Shown one piece after another: positions 30,101 through 40,200 of a stretch of 64,000 bases of DNA. A program made the translations under genes and the position numbers. This DNA is from an uncultured Planctomycetota bacterium. Its GTDB lineage: Bacteria > Planctomycetota > Planctomycetia > Isosphaerales > Isosphaeraceae. The notes beneath the pieces are model-generated. The model saw only the letters and a list, made by a program, of their open reading frames with translations, was not told the origin of the DNA and made no database searches. The DNA is taken from the NCBI GenBank assembly GCA_963823665.1, contig CAWGMQ010000011.1:288001-352000 (forward strand), written 5' to 3'. Position 1 is the stretch's first letter. Every line of letters begins with the position of its first letter.

Positions 30101-31062
30101 GGCGTGAGATTGGGAACCTGGACATCCGGCGCTCCTTCGATCGGAGGCAGGTCGATGATGGGCGGCTGCGTGTTGGTCGGCGGCACTTGCTGCGCGGCCG
30201 TCTGCTCCACTTGCGGGTCGGCCGTCCGCGCCGCGCTCTGCCCTGCCGGCGTCGCGGCGGATGTTCGACCACCCGAGGTTCCGGCCCGCTGCACCATCGC
30301 GTCGCGCTTGGGCGCCGGGGCCCGCTCGATCGGGCACTCGCCGCCGGTGGATCAGGCTTCACCGGCGGGCTGGAAACCAATGGCGGCACAGGGTCGTCGG
30401 ACTGATTGCGCACAATCGCCTGCGTCGGGATCACCGGCACGCTTGCCCGCGCACCAGCGGACGGCCCGGCCTTGGTTGCCGGCCGCCGGATCAGGGCATC
30501 GAGATGAGAATCGATCGTCGAGGAATCCTGGTCCCGTGCCCGGCGCGTCGGCACAGGCCTGGCTGGCTTCGTTTCTCGCAGCCCGGAGCGCTTGATGATC
30601 TGCAACTGCCAGAGAGGGGTCTTGGCCTCACTCGGGCCGCTTCGATCGAAAGACTTGAGCCGGAGCTCACTCGTTCGCAATGTGGCCCGCCCGAGCGCGT
30701 TGCGGCGGCGAGTCTTCGCGCGCCGGGCGCACCAGTCCCTCGGCGTAAACCTCGACCAGCTTGATCTTTTCGAACTCCGTCGATTCCTCGCTGATGCGGA
30801 CGACCGCTTCCCGCGCGCGTACGACGGGTCGAGACCCGTGCAGCACCGAGACATTGCCCCAGAGGTGAACCCAGTGTCCGTCGGGCCCGTTCCAGTGCGT
30901 GACGCGGTCAGCCGCCAGCGCGACCGGGTCCCTAAGCTGGCGCCGCGTCGCTTCGTCGAGCGCATCCTGCGCCGCCACGGCGCGCAGCGAGATCGCTGCG
31001 AGGACGAGCCCGAACCAGACGCCGCGAGGCGGGTATCGACGGGAACGGTCGTACCCTGGCAC
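27199..31062 (-). CDS. LptD/OstA-like outer-membrane protein; frameshifts near 30697 and 30333
   Basis: GGAGG + GTG 31062 and a signal peptide (..LRAVAA-QD); EVYAEG and EVYLEGNV jellyroll-like segments; long aromatic beta-strand C-terminus (SDRNFIEEYF, QRLQTKRG, YNWQWYIGDRTS). Three frames join colinearly. Confidence 0.75.
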
Positions 31063-31418
31063 TGTTCCTCCCTGACTACGGGCCCCGGTTCGCTCTCGGC
31101 TCGCGTGCCCGGTGCGACCTGCGAACGACCGGCGCTGCGCCCTCTCAAGACCGTGGGAATTGCCCGGCCGCACGCCTGACGAACCCAACGGCCGGCGACG
31201 ACCCGCGCACAGAGGCGCGTTCGCCGCTCCCTGCCGGCACAACCCGGGGAGGCAAGCTCGCCGTACCCGGGCCTGAACACGTTTTTCAAGCACAAGACAT
31301 GCAAATGACGGGACAATCGGCCGGGAAGATACCCCCAAACGAGTTTCCGGTCAAGGTCACCGGGACGCTCTGTCGGCACGCCACAATTCGCCGCGCCTGT
31401 CATGGCGCGTTGAGCGGT

Positions 31419-31679
31419 TCAAGCGACCGAGCTCCAGATTTCTTCGACCTCGTCGTAGTCCTTGCTAGCTTCGATGCAATAGCACTTCGTCGGGTCTGGC
31501 TCAGCCTGCCGCAAGCTCGTTGAAACTTCTCGCCAGGAATCCGCCACGACGACTACTTGTCCATTGGCGATCCCTACGAGCTTCCCCGCGTACGGCGATG
31601 TCGGGTCCCGTCGTGCCTCTTGATTGATCTGACGAGCGAGCGCCGCATTGGCCGACGCAACTGAACCGTTTCGACTCAT
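31419..31679 (-). CDS. Small protein, DUF5678-like
   Basis: PYAGKLVGIANGQVVVVADSWREV; ATG 31679. Confidence 0.6.
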   Translation of the reverse strand: MSRNGSVASANAALARQINQEARRDPTSPYAGKLVGIANGQVVVVADSWREVSTSLRQAEPDPTKCYCIEASKDYDEVEEIWSSVA

Positions 31680-31936
31680 GATTTCCAGTCCTGCGTACTG
31701 GCGAGCATGAAGCGAGCCGTTTTGACGGCCGCTCCGCTCGTCCCTCTGGCCCATTGTAGCATAACGAGGCATGCCGGCGCCCCTCGACGGCCTTTTTCTT
31801 CCCTCGTTACGACGCTCCGCGTCGTAACGTTCATCCAGCCGCTCCGCGGCGAGCACAACTGCAACACAGCACGCCGTCGCCTGGCGTCATGATATTCGGT
31901 AAACTGCGGATCTCACCCACAACGAGGGAGGCTGTC

Positions 31937-34378
31937 ATGCCGTGCTTCACGCCGGGCGAGCGAAAAGTCGTGCGGGGAGCGTTCGTGGTCTTGCTCCTCG
32001 GTTTCGCGGTGGGGCAATCCGCGCTTCACGCAGGCCCAACGGCATTCGTGCAGCCCGCGAGCTTCGCGCAGATCGGTGTGCCCGCTGCCGATGGCCGGCT
32101 GGAAATCCACGCCGTTGCCGACGCGACGGGCAAGCCCCTCGAAGGCGCCACCGTCGAATGGCAGCTCGGCATCAATAGCGGCAAACTCAACAAAACAACG
32201 AGCACAACCGGCAGCGACGGCAAAGCAGACCTGGATTGGCCCAAAGCTGCGACCGTCAATTCACTTTCGGTGACAGCGCGAAAGCCGGGCTTTGCGCCCT
32301 ACATCATCCTCTGGGATGACAGCGCACACCCGGTTCGCCTCCCGGCCTCCAAGGTGATGCGCCTCGTGCCGGGAATCACGATCGGCGGCATCGTGAGGGA
32401 TGAGGCCGGCAATGCTTTCGCCGGTGCAAAGATCAAGGTATTCGCCCCGGCAACCGAGTCGGAACTGTCGTACGCCCGCTTCACTGTATTCGAAACAACG
32501 ACTGACGCCCAGGGCCGCTGGCGGTTCGACGACGCGCCCGCCGATCTGAGCCGCGTGAACGTTGGAATTCAAGCACCCAGGTTTCTAGGCGTCTCGGCCC
32601 AGCCGTCGCGCAACCTCACCTTCGTCACGGTTCTCGAGCGCGGCTTCACAGTCAAGGGACGCGTGCTCGACGCCCGCGGCAAGCCCATCCCCGGCGCAAA
32701 CGTGAGGGCCGCCAGTCGTTTCACCCTTGGACAAAACACGAAGACCGACTCCGGCGGCGAATTCATCCTGGAAGACTGCCCGCCTGGTGCATCAATCATC
32801 ACCGCGCGGGCCGACGGCTTTGCGCCCGATCTCCGCAACTTCCACCCCGAGGACCAGCCCGCAATCGAATTCCGCCTTGGGCCAGGCCACACCCTCCGCG
32901 GCAAGGTCGTCGACCGCGAGGGAAAGCCGGTCCCAGGCGCGACGGTTGCCGCCGCCACCTGGCGCAACGAGCGGTCGCTCGATCTCCGCATCGACTCCGG
33001 CCCGGACGGCCGGTTCGAATGGCGAGGCGCGCCCGCCGATGCGGTGCTCTACGACGTCTCCAAGCCGGGCTACGTGGCCCACGGGGGCGTGACGCTCTCC
33101 CCGACAGACACCGAGCAGGTCATCACCCTCGACCCAGAGCTCATCATCTCCGGCCGTGTCAGCGACGCCGCGACCGGCCGCCCGGTCCCGAAGTTCCGCG
33201 TCGTTCGGGGACTGCTGTTCTTGAACAACCCGACCGTGAGCTGGCTGGTTCAGGATGCCGCTGAGTTCGCTGACGGGCATTACCGCATAAAATTTGCCGA
33301 GCCTTACGCCGGCTATGCCCTCCGTGTCGAGGCTTCCGGTTTTAAACCCGCTGAATCTCGCGTGTTCAAGGCCAGCGAGACAACGCCCTCGTTCGACTTC
33401 GTGCTCACCCCCGCCGCCCCATCCGAACGCCTTGCGGGTGTCGTTCTCCGTCCCGACGGCACACCCGCCCCCGGGGTCGAGGTCGCACTCGCCACGCCCG
33501 AGCACCCTCTGACCTTCGAAATCGGCCAGTTCAAGTTCAGCCACGGCAGCGGGATGTCATTCGCGAAAACAGGCCCCTGCGGCCGATTCTCCCTCGACCG
33601 GCGCGGTGCACCCTATCTGCTCGCCGCAACGGGCGACGACGGTTACGCCCAGGCCACGTCCGCCGCGTTCGAGAAGTCGAACACACTGACCCTGATCCGC
33701 TGGGGCAAGATCCGCGGCGAGGCACGGATCGGCCGTAAACCCGCCGCCGGCCAGTTGATCAGCTTCGTTCGCCGCGACCGAAACTTCCAGCCGGGCGACT
33801 TCGATAGCTTCTACCACATCCAAACCCGCACGGACGAGCGCGGCCGTTTCGTCTTTGAGAGGGTGATTCCAGGGCCCTCTGAAGTCGCCCGCGTGGTCGT
33901 CACCGAGCTCGGCAACGGCCAATCGTTAGGCATGGGTTGCTGGCAGGAGCCCGTGGACGTCGCCCCGGGCGACATCGTGCTCGCGCGCATCGGCGGCACG
34001 GGCAGGCCGGTCATCGGCCGCATCAAACTGCCGGACAGCAAGGCCCCGCTCGTCGACTGGCGCCGCAATCGGCCGGCAACGCTCTCAAAGTTACGCTCGG
34101 GCGATCCGGTGCCCCCCGGCGCCGACAAAGACCCCCACTGGGCCGACCGCTTCGCCGCGAGCCTCGACAAGGATGGCCGGTTCCGCATCGACGACGTCCC
34201 GCCCGGCCGTTACTGGCTGGCCGTCAGGATCGATCCTCCTCCGGCGCCGGACGCGCGCGCACAGGCCAGAGAGCTCGGCCTCGTGATCATCTCCGTCGAT
34301 ATTCCCGAAGGCGACAAAGATGTGCCCGTCGACCTGGGCGAGATTGAAGCCAAGGAACCCAGGCCCGGCAAACGCTGA
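31937..34378 (+). CDS. Secreted protein of tandem carboxypeptidase-regulatory-like domains
   Basis: GGGAGG + ATG, signal-like N-terminus, repeated GxVxDxxGxPxxGAxV...TDxxGRF units; no catalytic motif seen. Confidence 0.88.
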   Translation: MPCFTPGERKVVRGAFVVLLLGFAVGQSALHAGPTAFVQPASFAQIGVPAADGRLEIHAVADATGKPLEGATVEWQLGINSGKLNKTTSTTGSDGKADLDWPKAATVNSLSVTARKPGFAPYIILWDDSAHPVRLPASKVMRLVPGITIGGIVRDEAGNAFAGAKIKVFAPATESELSYARFTVFETTTDAQGRWRFDDAPADLSRVNVGIQAPRFLGVSAQPSRNLTFVTVLERGFTVKGRVLDARGKPIPGANVRAASRFTLGQNTKTDSGGEFILEDCPPGASIITARADGFAPDLRNFHPEDQPAIEFRLGPGHTLRGKVVDREGKPVPGATVAAATWRNERSLDLRIDSGPDGRFEWRGAPADAVLYDVSKPGYVAHGGVTLSPTDTEQVITLDPELIISGRVSDAATGRPVPKFRVVRGLLFLNNPTVSWLVQDAAEFADGHYRIKFAEPYAGYALRVEASGFKPAESRVFKASETTPSFDFVLTPAAPSERLAGVVLRPDGTPAPGVEVALATPEHPLTFEIGQFKFSHGSGMSFAKTGPCGRFSLDRRGAPYLLAATGDDGYAQATSAAFEKSNTLTLIRWGKIRGEARIGRKPAAGQLISFVRRDRNFQPGDFDSFYHIQTRTDERGRFVFERVIPGPSEVARVVVTELGNGQSLGMGCWQEPVDVAPGDIVLARIGGTGRPVIGRIKLPDSKAPLVDWRRNRPATLSKLRSGDPVPPGADKDPHWADRFAASLDKDGRFRIDDVPPGRYWLAVRIDPPPAPDARAQARELGLVIISVDIPEGDKDVPVDLGEIEAKEPRPGKR

Positions 34379-34482
34379 GCCGGCGTCGCACGACCGGAAA
34401 TTCAAAATTCACGGATCCACTTGCCGCGTCCGCGCCATTACTATGGGTGAAGGAAAGGCAGCGCAGGTGGAGAATCACGATC

Positions 34483-36726
34483 GTGCCGAAATCAACAACC
34501 GCCAAAGTCTACCGTGGAATTCGCACGCTCTACGGCGTGGGAACCATTCGCGACCTGGGTGATGGCCAGCTCCTGGAGCGCTTCGCCACCGATGCAGGCG
34601 AGGCCGCCGAGCTGGCCTTCGCGGTGCTCGTCGAGCGGCATGGCCCGATGGTGTTGCGAGTCTGCCACAGCGTCCTTTCCGACTGGCACGACACCGAAGA
34701 CGCCTTCCAGGCCACGTTTCTCGTCCTGGTGCAGAAAGCGAGAGGGCTCTGGGTGCAAGATTCGCTCGGGCCGTGGCTCCATCAGGTTGCGGTGCGAACC
34801 GCGTCGGCCGCGCGGGTAGCGGCTTCCCGCCGCCGCCGCTGTGACGAACAGGCAGCCGCCCAACGAATGGAGGTTGGCCGCCCCGCGGCCGATCCCGAAG
34901 CTCTCGAATTCTTGCACGAAGAGATCGAGCGGCTGCCGGACCGGTTCCGGCTTCCGCTGGTCCTTTGTGATCTCGAAGAACGCAGCCATCAACAAGCTGC
35001 CCGGCACCTCGGCTGGCCGATCGGAACCGTCAAGAGCCGTCTGGCTCGCGGTCGCGAGCAGCTTCGCAACCGCCTCGTCCGCCGCGGCCTGTCTCCCGGC
35101 ACCGGCTTCCTCTTCGCCGCGGCCCGGCACGAACCATCGCTCGCCGTTCGTCTGCCCGGCCTGGTCGATACCACGGCACGGGCCGCCCTGCTAGCCACCT
35201 CGACCCCCGCAATCGCCGTGAGCTCAATCGGCACGCTCACACACGCCGTGGTTCGAACGCTGACCGCCGCACGATGGGTAAAAGCGGGATCGCTCGTTCT
35301 GGCCGTCGGTGCCGCGGGTGCAGGTAGTGGATTTCTGCTCGGGCAGAAAGATAAGCAAACAAGCAGCCCGAAAGCGCCGGCCGCTGTGAAGCAAAAGTCG
35401 ACCGACGATTTTCCAAACGGCACGATCGCGGGCATCAAATTCGAAGGGACGACAGTGCCGACTGCGAGCATCGTTCCGCGACTCCTCAGCCAGCCGGGCC
35501 AGCCGCTGGATCGGCAACGGTTGGAGGCCGACCTGAAGACTCTGCTAGGAACAGGGTGGTTCCTGGACGCAACTTACTCGCTCGACGAAGCGCCCCCCAA
35601 GAGCGGAAAATACGCGGTCACATTCATGCTCCGCGATCAGCTACCCACCGCGACCGTGACGGAAGGCAAGCTTCATCCCGTTCTGTCCGAGCCGGGCATT
35701 GTGACGCGGGCAAACACGCTCGCTGCGCTTAACCATGTCGAGGGCGAGTCGGTCATTCGCTCGATCCTGCCGGATGGATCAGCGGTGAACAAGGGTGATC
35801 TCGTCTGCACGCTCGATTCGGGAGCGCTCCAGGTTCAACTCGACGGCCAGTTGAGAAAGATCAAAGAGGCCGAAAGGGCTTATGAAGCCGCGGTCGCCGC
35901 GCGCGGACGCCCAGGGAGCGTTGAACGATTACACGGGCGCGGGTGCCGCACTCAAGAGCAGAGTCCTGAAGGCGCTCGAGGACCACCTCCAGGATCAGAA
36001 AGCCAACGAACAGGCGAAGCAGGAGGCGCGCGATGCGGAAAAGAGAACGGCGGCAAAGCTGAGCGCCAGATCAAGAACTGTTACATCATCGCTCCCACCG
36101 GTGGCATCGTCGTCTACGCGAACGATACGCGATTCAACAACCGCCCCCAGATCGCCAACGGCGCCACGGTCCGCGAGCGTCAAATCATCTTCCAGATCCC
36201 GGACGTGACGAGCCCGCTGCGGGTGGTGACGCATCTGCCGCAGTGGAGCATCGGCCGCCTCAAGCGCGGCTCGGTCGTGACGATCCGCTACGGCGGCCTC
36301 CTTCAAGCCATCCAGGTCTTGACCGGCAAGATCGACGAGATCGCCCCCCTCCCGGACACTGCGAGTTATCTCTACCACGGCCCGTCCCTCTACACGACGC
36401 GGATCAGTCTCGACGAGCCGCCGCCCGACCTTGTTCCGGATACGAACGTGCGCGTCGAAATTGACCTTGGCGAGTTCGACAACGTGCTCACCGTGCCGGT
36501 CGATGCGGTCGTTGTCTTCCAGCGCAAGGACCATGTTGCGGTGAAGACCGCCTCCGGCAGTTTCGAGTGGCGCGACGTGGCGCTAGGTGCGACGGACGGC
36601 GCCTCGATCGAGGTGACGAAAGGCGTGAAAAGCGGCGAGGTCGTCCTCCGCGAGCCGGCCAAGGTGCTCCCCGGTGTTGAGAAGGGTGTTTCCAATCTGC
36701 CGGCCAGGCCCGTTCTCCCTCGATGA
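34483..36726 (+). CDS. ECF sigma factor fused to TM helix, POTRA-like domain and efflux membrane-fusion-protein domain
   Basis: DGQLLERF...LVERHGPMV...EDAFQATFLVL; LGWPIGTVKSRLARGR; IAGIKFEG...LEADLKTLLGTGWF; ILPDGSAVNKGDLVCTLD...IIAPTGGIV...VLTVPVDAV...GVKSGEVV. Segment ~35905-36060 is out of frame between two compensating indels. Confidence 0.85.
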   Translation: MPKSTTAKVYRGIRTLYGVGTIRDLGDGQLLERFATDAGEAAELAFAVLVERHGPMVLRVCHSVLSDWHDTEDAFQATFLVLVQKARGLWVQDSLGPWLHQVAVRTASAARVAASRRRRCDEQAAAQRMEVGRPAADPEALEFLHEEIERLPDRFRLPLVLCDLEERSHQQAARHLGWPIGTVKSRLARGREQLRNRLVRRGLSPGTGFLFAAARHEPSLAVRLPGLVDTTARAALLATSTPAIAVSSIGTLTHAVVRTLTAARWVKAGSLVLAVGAAGAGSGFLLGQKDKQTSSPKAPAAVKQKSTDDFPNGTIAGIKFEGTTVPTASIVPRLLSQPGQPLDRQRLEADLKTLLGTGWFLDATYSLDEAPPKSGKYAVTFMLRDQLPTATVTEGKLHPVLSEPGIVTRANTLAALNHVEGESVIRSILPDGSAVNKGDLVCTLDSGALQVQLDGQLRKIKEAERAYEAAVAARGRPGSVERLHGRGCRTQEQSPEGARGPPPGSESQRTGEAGGARCGKENGGKAERQIKNCYIIAPTGGIVVYANDTRFNNRPQIANGATVRERQIIFQIPDVTSPLRVVTHLPQWSIGRLKRGSVVTIRYGGLLQAIQVLTGKIDEIAPLPDTASYLYHGPSLYTTRISLDEPPPDLVPDTNVRVEIDLGEFDNVLTVPVDAVVVFQRKDHVAVKTASGSFEWRDVALGATDGASIEVTKGVKSGEVVLREPAKVLPGVEKGVSNLPARPVLPR

Positions 36727-36925
36727 TCGAGCGGACTTTCGGTTCGTTCGTGCCCCAATCGCGCGGCGAAGCGCTTCGATGACCAGGTCGTCTTGATGCT
36801 GCGCGCCGCGCGCCGGATCGCTTCCCGACGGCTTTTCAAGGGTGAAGTCCGCGATCGGAGGCCCGGGTTCGCGCCAACGGATTGTGATCGTCCGGAGAAA
36901 ATCGAGGTCAATCCGAGGTCGATCC

Positions 36926-36954
36926 TTGCAAACTCGCTCAATGGATCTTAACGT
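36926..36954 (+). promoter_or_regulatory. Candidate sigma70 promoter of the giant gene
   Basis: TTGCAA-17 bp-TAACGT, preceded by tandem CGAGGTC repeats 11 bp apart (36903-36920). Confidence 0.35.
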
Positions 36955-37235
36955 GCTATACCGCAGTCACGTCGATCGCAATGGATTGTCATCCGCGATA
37001 GGTGTCGATCGCTCTCATCTGGCAACGTCACCAGTTCGTTCTCGGCCATGTCATTGGCCACCACCAAGCTCAGGATGGTTTGGGACTCCTGCATCACCAT
37101 GTCGAAGATTCGAGCATGAGGAATGTCCGCGCCTCGATTGGCATCGTGCGAGAGACGAGCAATCACGCGAGTGTGTGAAAGTAACGATCACGAGGAGAGT
37201 GACCCGATCCGACCGGGTTTCCAGGGAGCGCATCA

Positions 37236-40200
37236 ATGAGCTTCAACCAAGATCGTTTCGAAAAGAAGACGGCGAGGAGAAAGGGCCAGCGCATCCATCG
37301 CGTCCTCGCTGGGAGAAACCGGCGCAGGTGGCGGCAGCATTTTGAAATGCTGGAAGATCGAACCCTGTTGACCCTTCCGGCGGCATCGATCAATAGCGTC
37401 TCGATCGTCCTCACGCCGCCCGGGCCGACCTCCGTCTCTGGGAAACTCAACCCCGGCAATGCGATGGCCGTCTACCAGATCGAGGGCACTTCCGGGGAAA
37501 GACTCCTGTTCCACAACGTCTCGACGACTTCTTCGAACGGAAGCTGGCTACTGCTCGGCGAAGCGGGCAATGAGGTTGCCGGCACCGGCATCGCTTCCGA
37601 CTTCACGGCCAACTTGACGGCCACCGGCACCTATTACCTCGAGCTGGTCGGCAACATCACCGGCGAGATCGATTACTCATTCCAGGTGTCGGATACGAGC
37701 GACTCCCCGGTGCCGACCTCCGGGCTGGGAGTTCCCGAATCCGGCTCGCTGGCCGGCGGTACGAGTGCGACCTTCACATTCACCGCACCGGCGGGATTAC
37801 CCGTTTATTTCAACAGCTTCGACCGCTCGAACGGTCCCGTTTCGGTCACGCTCTCCGACCCCGGCAACAATACCGTCTTCTCCGGCAACGGCTCAAACAA
37901 CGAAGGGCCATATGTCCTGACATCCTCCGGGACCTACACCCTTTCCCTGCAAAACTCCAGCGGCTCATCCGGGACATACAGCTTCGACATGCTCTCGCTG
38001 CCGGCCGCGGCCACATCGCTGGCGCTTGGGCCAACTCAGACGGTCGCTGGAACTCTCGCCGCCGGCACTAACACCGAGGTATACAGCTTTGAGGGCGCCT
38101 CGGGCGAACATCTCTTCCTCGATAACGAGCAGAATCTCGGCGATCCGGTCTACTATTGGCTGATCGGCCCTGACGGGAGTCAGATATTCAATATCAACTC
38201 GAACAGCGATGCCGGCCCGCTCACTCTGACCGAAAGCGGAACGTACTACCTGCTCGTCGACGGCGAAGCGTCCTCATCAATCAATTATCAGTTCCGCATC
38301 ACCGACACGGCCTACGCGCCGCTTGCCTTCAACACTCCGACGACGGGCTCACTCAACCCGGCTCCGGCGACGGATGTGTACAGCTTCGCCGGCACCGCCG
38401 GAGAAAAAGTGAGCTTCGAGTCGTTCAACGATTCGAACGGCTATTACGGCGCCTCGTGGGCACTCTACGGACCGAACGACCAGCTTCTAGCAAACCCCTA
38501 CTACACCGGCAACTTTTCAGCGACGCTACCGTCCGATGGCAACTACACACTGGTCGTGCCCAACAACGTGCCGGACGGCCCGTCGACTTACAGCTTCGAA
38601 GTCTACCAGAATGTCGATCCGACGAGCACCCTGACGCTCGCCGCGCCGGTGAGCGGCACCATCGTCAATCCCAGTGATCTTGCCACTTACACGTTTACCG
38701 GCACGGTCGGCCAGACCCTTTATTTCAGCGCCAACAATTCGGCATCGGGGACCTACGTCCAGCTCACCGGGCCCTTCGGCGAGTCGATCCTGAACCAGTA
38801 CATAGGCTACTACTATTATACCTACGAGAATTCCAGTCAGTTCACCGTGCCGGCATCCGGTACCTACACCCTGACCATCTCGAACCAGTATGGCGACACC
38901 GGTCCTTACAACTTCGTGCTGAGCGACGTGGCCTCCGCGACACCGCTGGCGCTCTCCGCCGGAGCCGGCACGCCGGTGAGCGACTCCATCGCCTTGGGGC
39001 TCGGCGTCAACATTTACAAGTTCAGCGGCAGCTCCGGCGAGAGCCTGTACTTTCAGGCTCAGAGTCAGTCCGCCGAATACAGTGACCTCTACTGGACCCT
39101 CTACGGGCCGGCCAACCAGTACTTGGACGGCGGCACATACTGGTATGACTTCACGTCTACATTGCCCTCCAGCGGCACGTATTCTCTGGTCGTCGGCGGC
39201 ACGAATCCGTCCAACACGTCGGGAGTCAGCTTTAACTTCGAGGTCTATGACAACGTCGATCCCGTAGCGCCCTTGACGCTGGGCACCCCCATTATGGGAA
39301 CGATCGCCAATCCCGGCGACGAGGCGAGCTACACCTTCACCGGCACCGTCGGCGAGACCTTGTTCTACCACGGCCTGAATACAACATACAATTCGACAGA
39401 CGTAAGATTGAACACACCGCTGGGAACGGAGAACATCCTCGACGAGAACACGAGTTACTCATCGACGCCGTTTGTTCTGCCCTTCACGGGGGAGTATGCC
39501 CTGAAGGTCTACGGCTCCGGTTCCTCGACCGGCGATTACCAGTTCGTTCTGGACGACGCGTCTGCTGCGCCTTCGCTCGCGCTTTCTCCCGGCAACGGCG
39601 TCACCGTGAGCGACTCGATCCCCGGTGGGCTTTCGGCCAACGTCTATCAGTTGAGCGGGACCGACGGTGAGCTGCTCTACGTGGACCCGTTGTCGGAATC
39701 AACCGGCGAGTCATACGACTTGGAATGGATGCTGTACGGGCCGGATGGTCAAGAAGTCGATAACAGCTACGGCTGGTATTCAGATAGTGCGGCCTTGCAG
39801 TACACCGGCCCCTATTATCTGGTCGTCGAAGGGACGAACTCCGCCAATACGTCGGGGCTCGATTATCAATTTGCCGTCTACGACAACGTGGACCCGACGT
39901 TTCCGCTCACTCTGGGTGTTCCCGCTGGCGGAACGATCACCAACCCCGGCGACGAGGCCACGTTCACTTTCACCGGCGCGATTGGCCAGAGTCTCTTCTT
40001 TGCCGGCCTGGATGGAGCACCGGTGGCCTACGCGCAGGTGGAGAGCCCCAGCGGGCAGGTGATCTTCAGCTCGGAGACCAACCAGAGCGACGGCCATGTC
40101 CAGTTGACGCAGGCGGGTACGTACACGGTCGCCGTCAAGGGCTCCGGAACGGCCACAGGGGCGTTCAACTTCGAGCTGGAGGACGACTCGTCGGCGCCTT

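Noticed and set aside
28711..30405. Long antisense ORFs (also 53472-55100, 59228-60988, 62499-63929)
   Set aside because: Shadows of high-GC genes on the opposite strand.
34412..34444. GGATCC...CATTACT as ECF autoregulatory promoter
   Set aside because: Single instance; no match found upstream of neighbouring genes.
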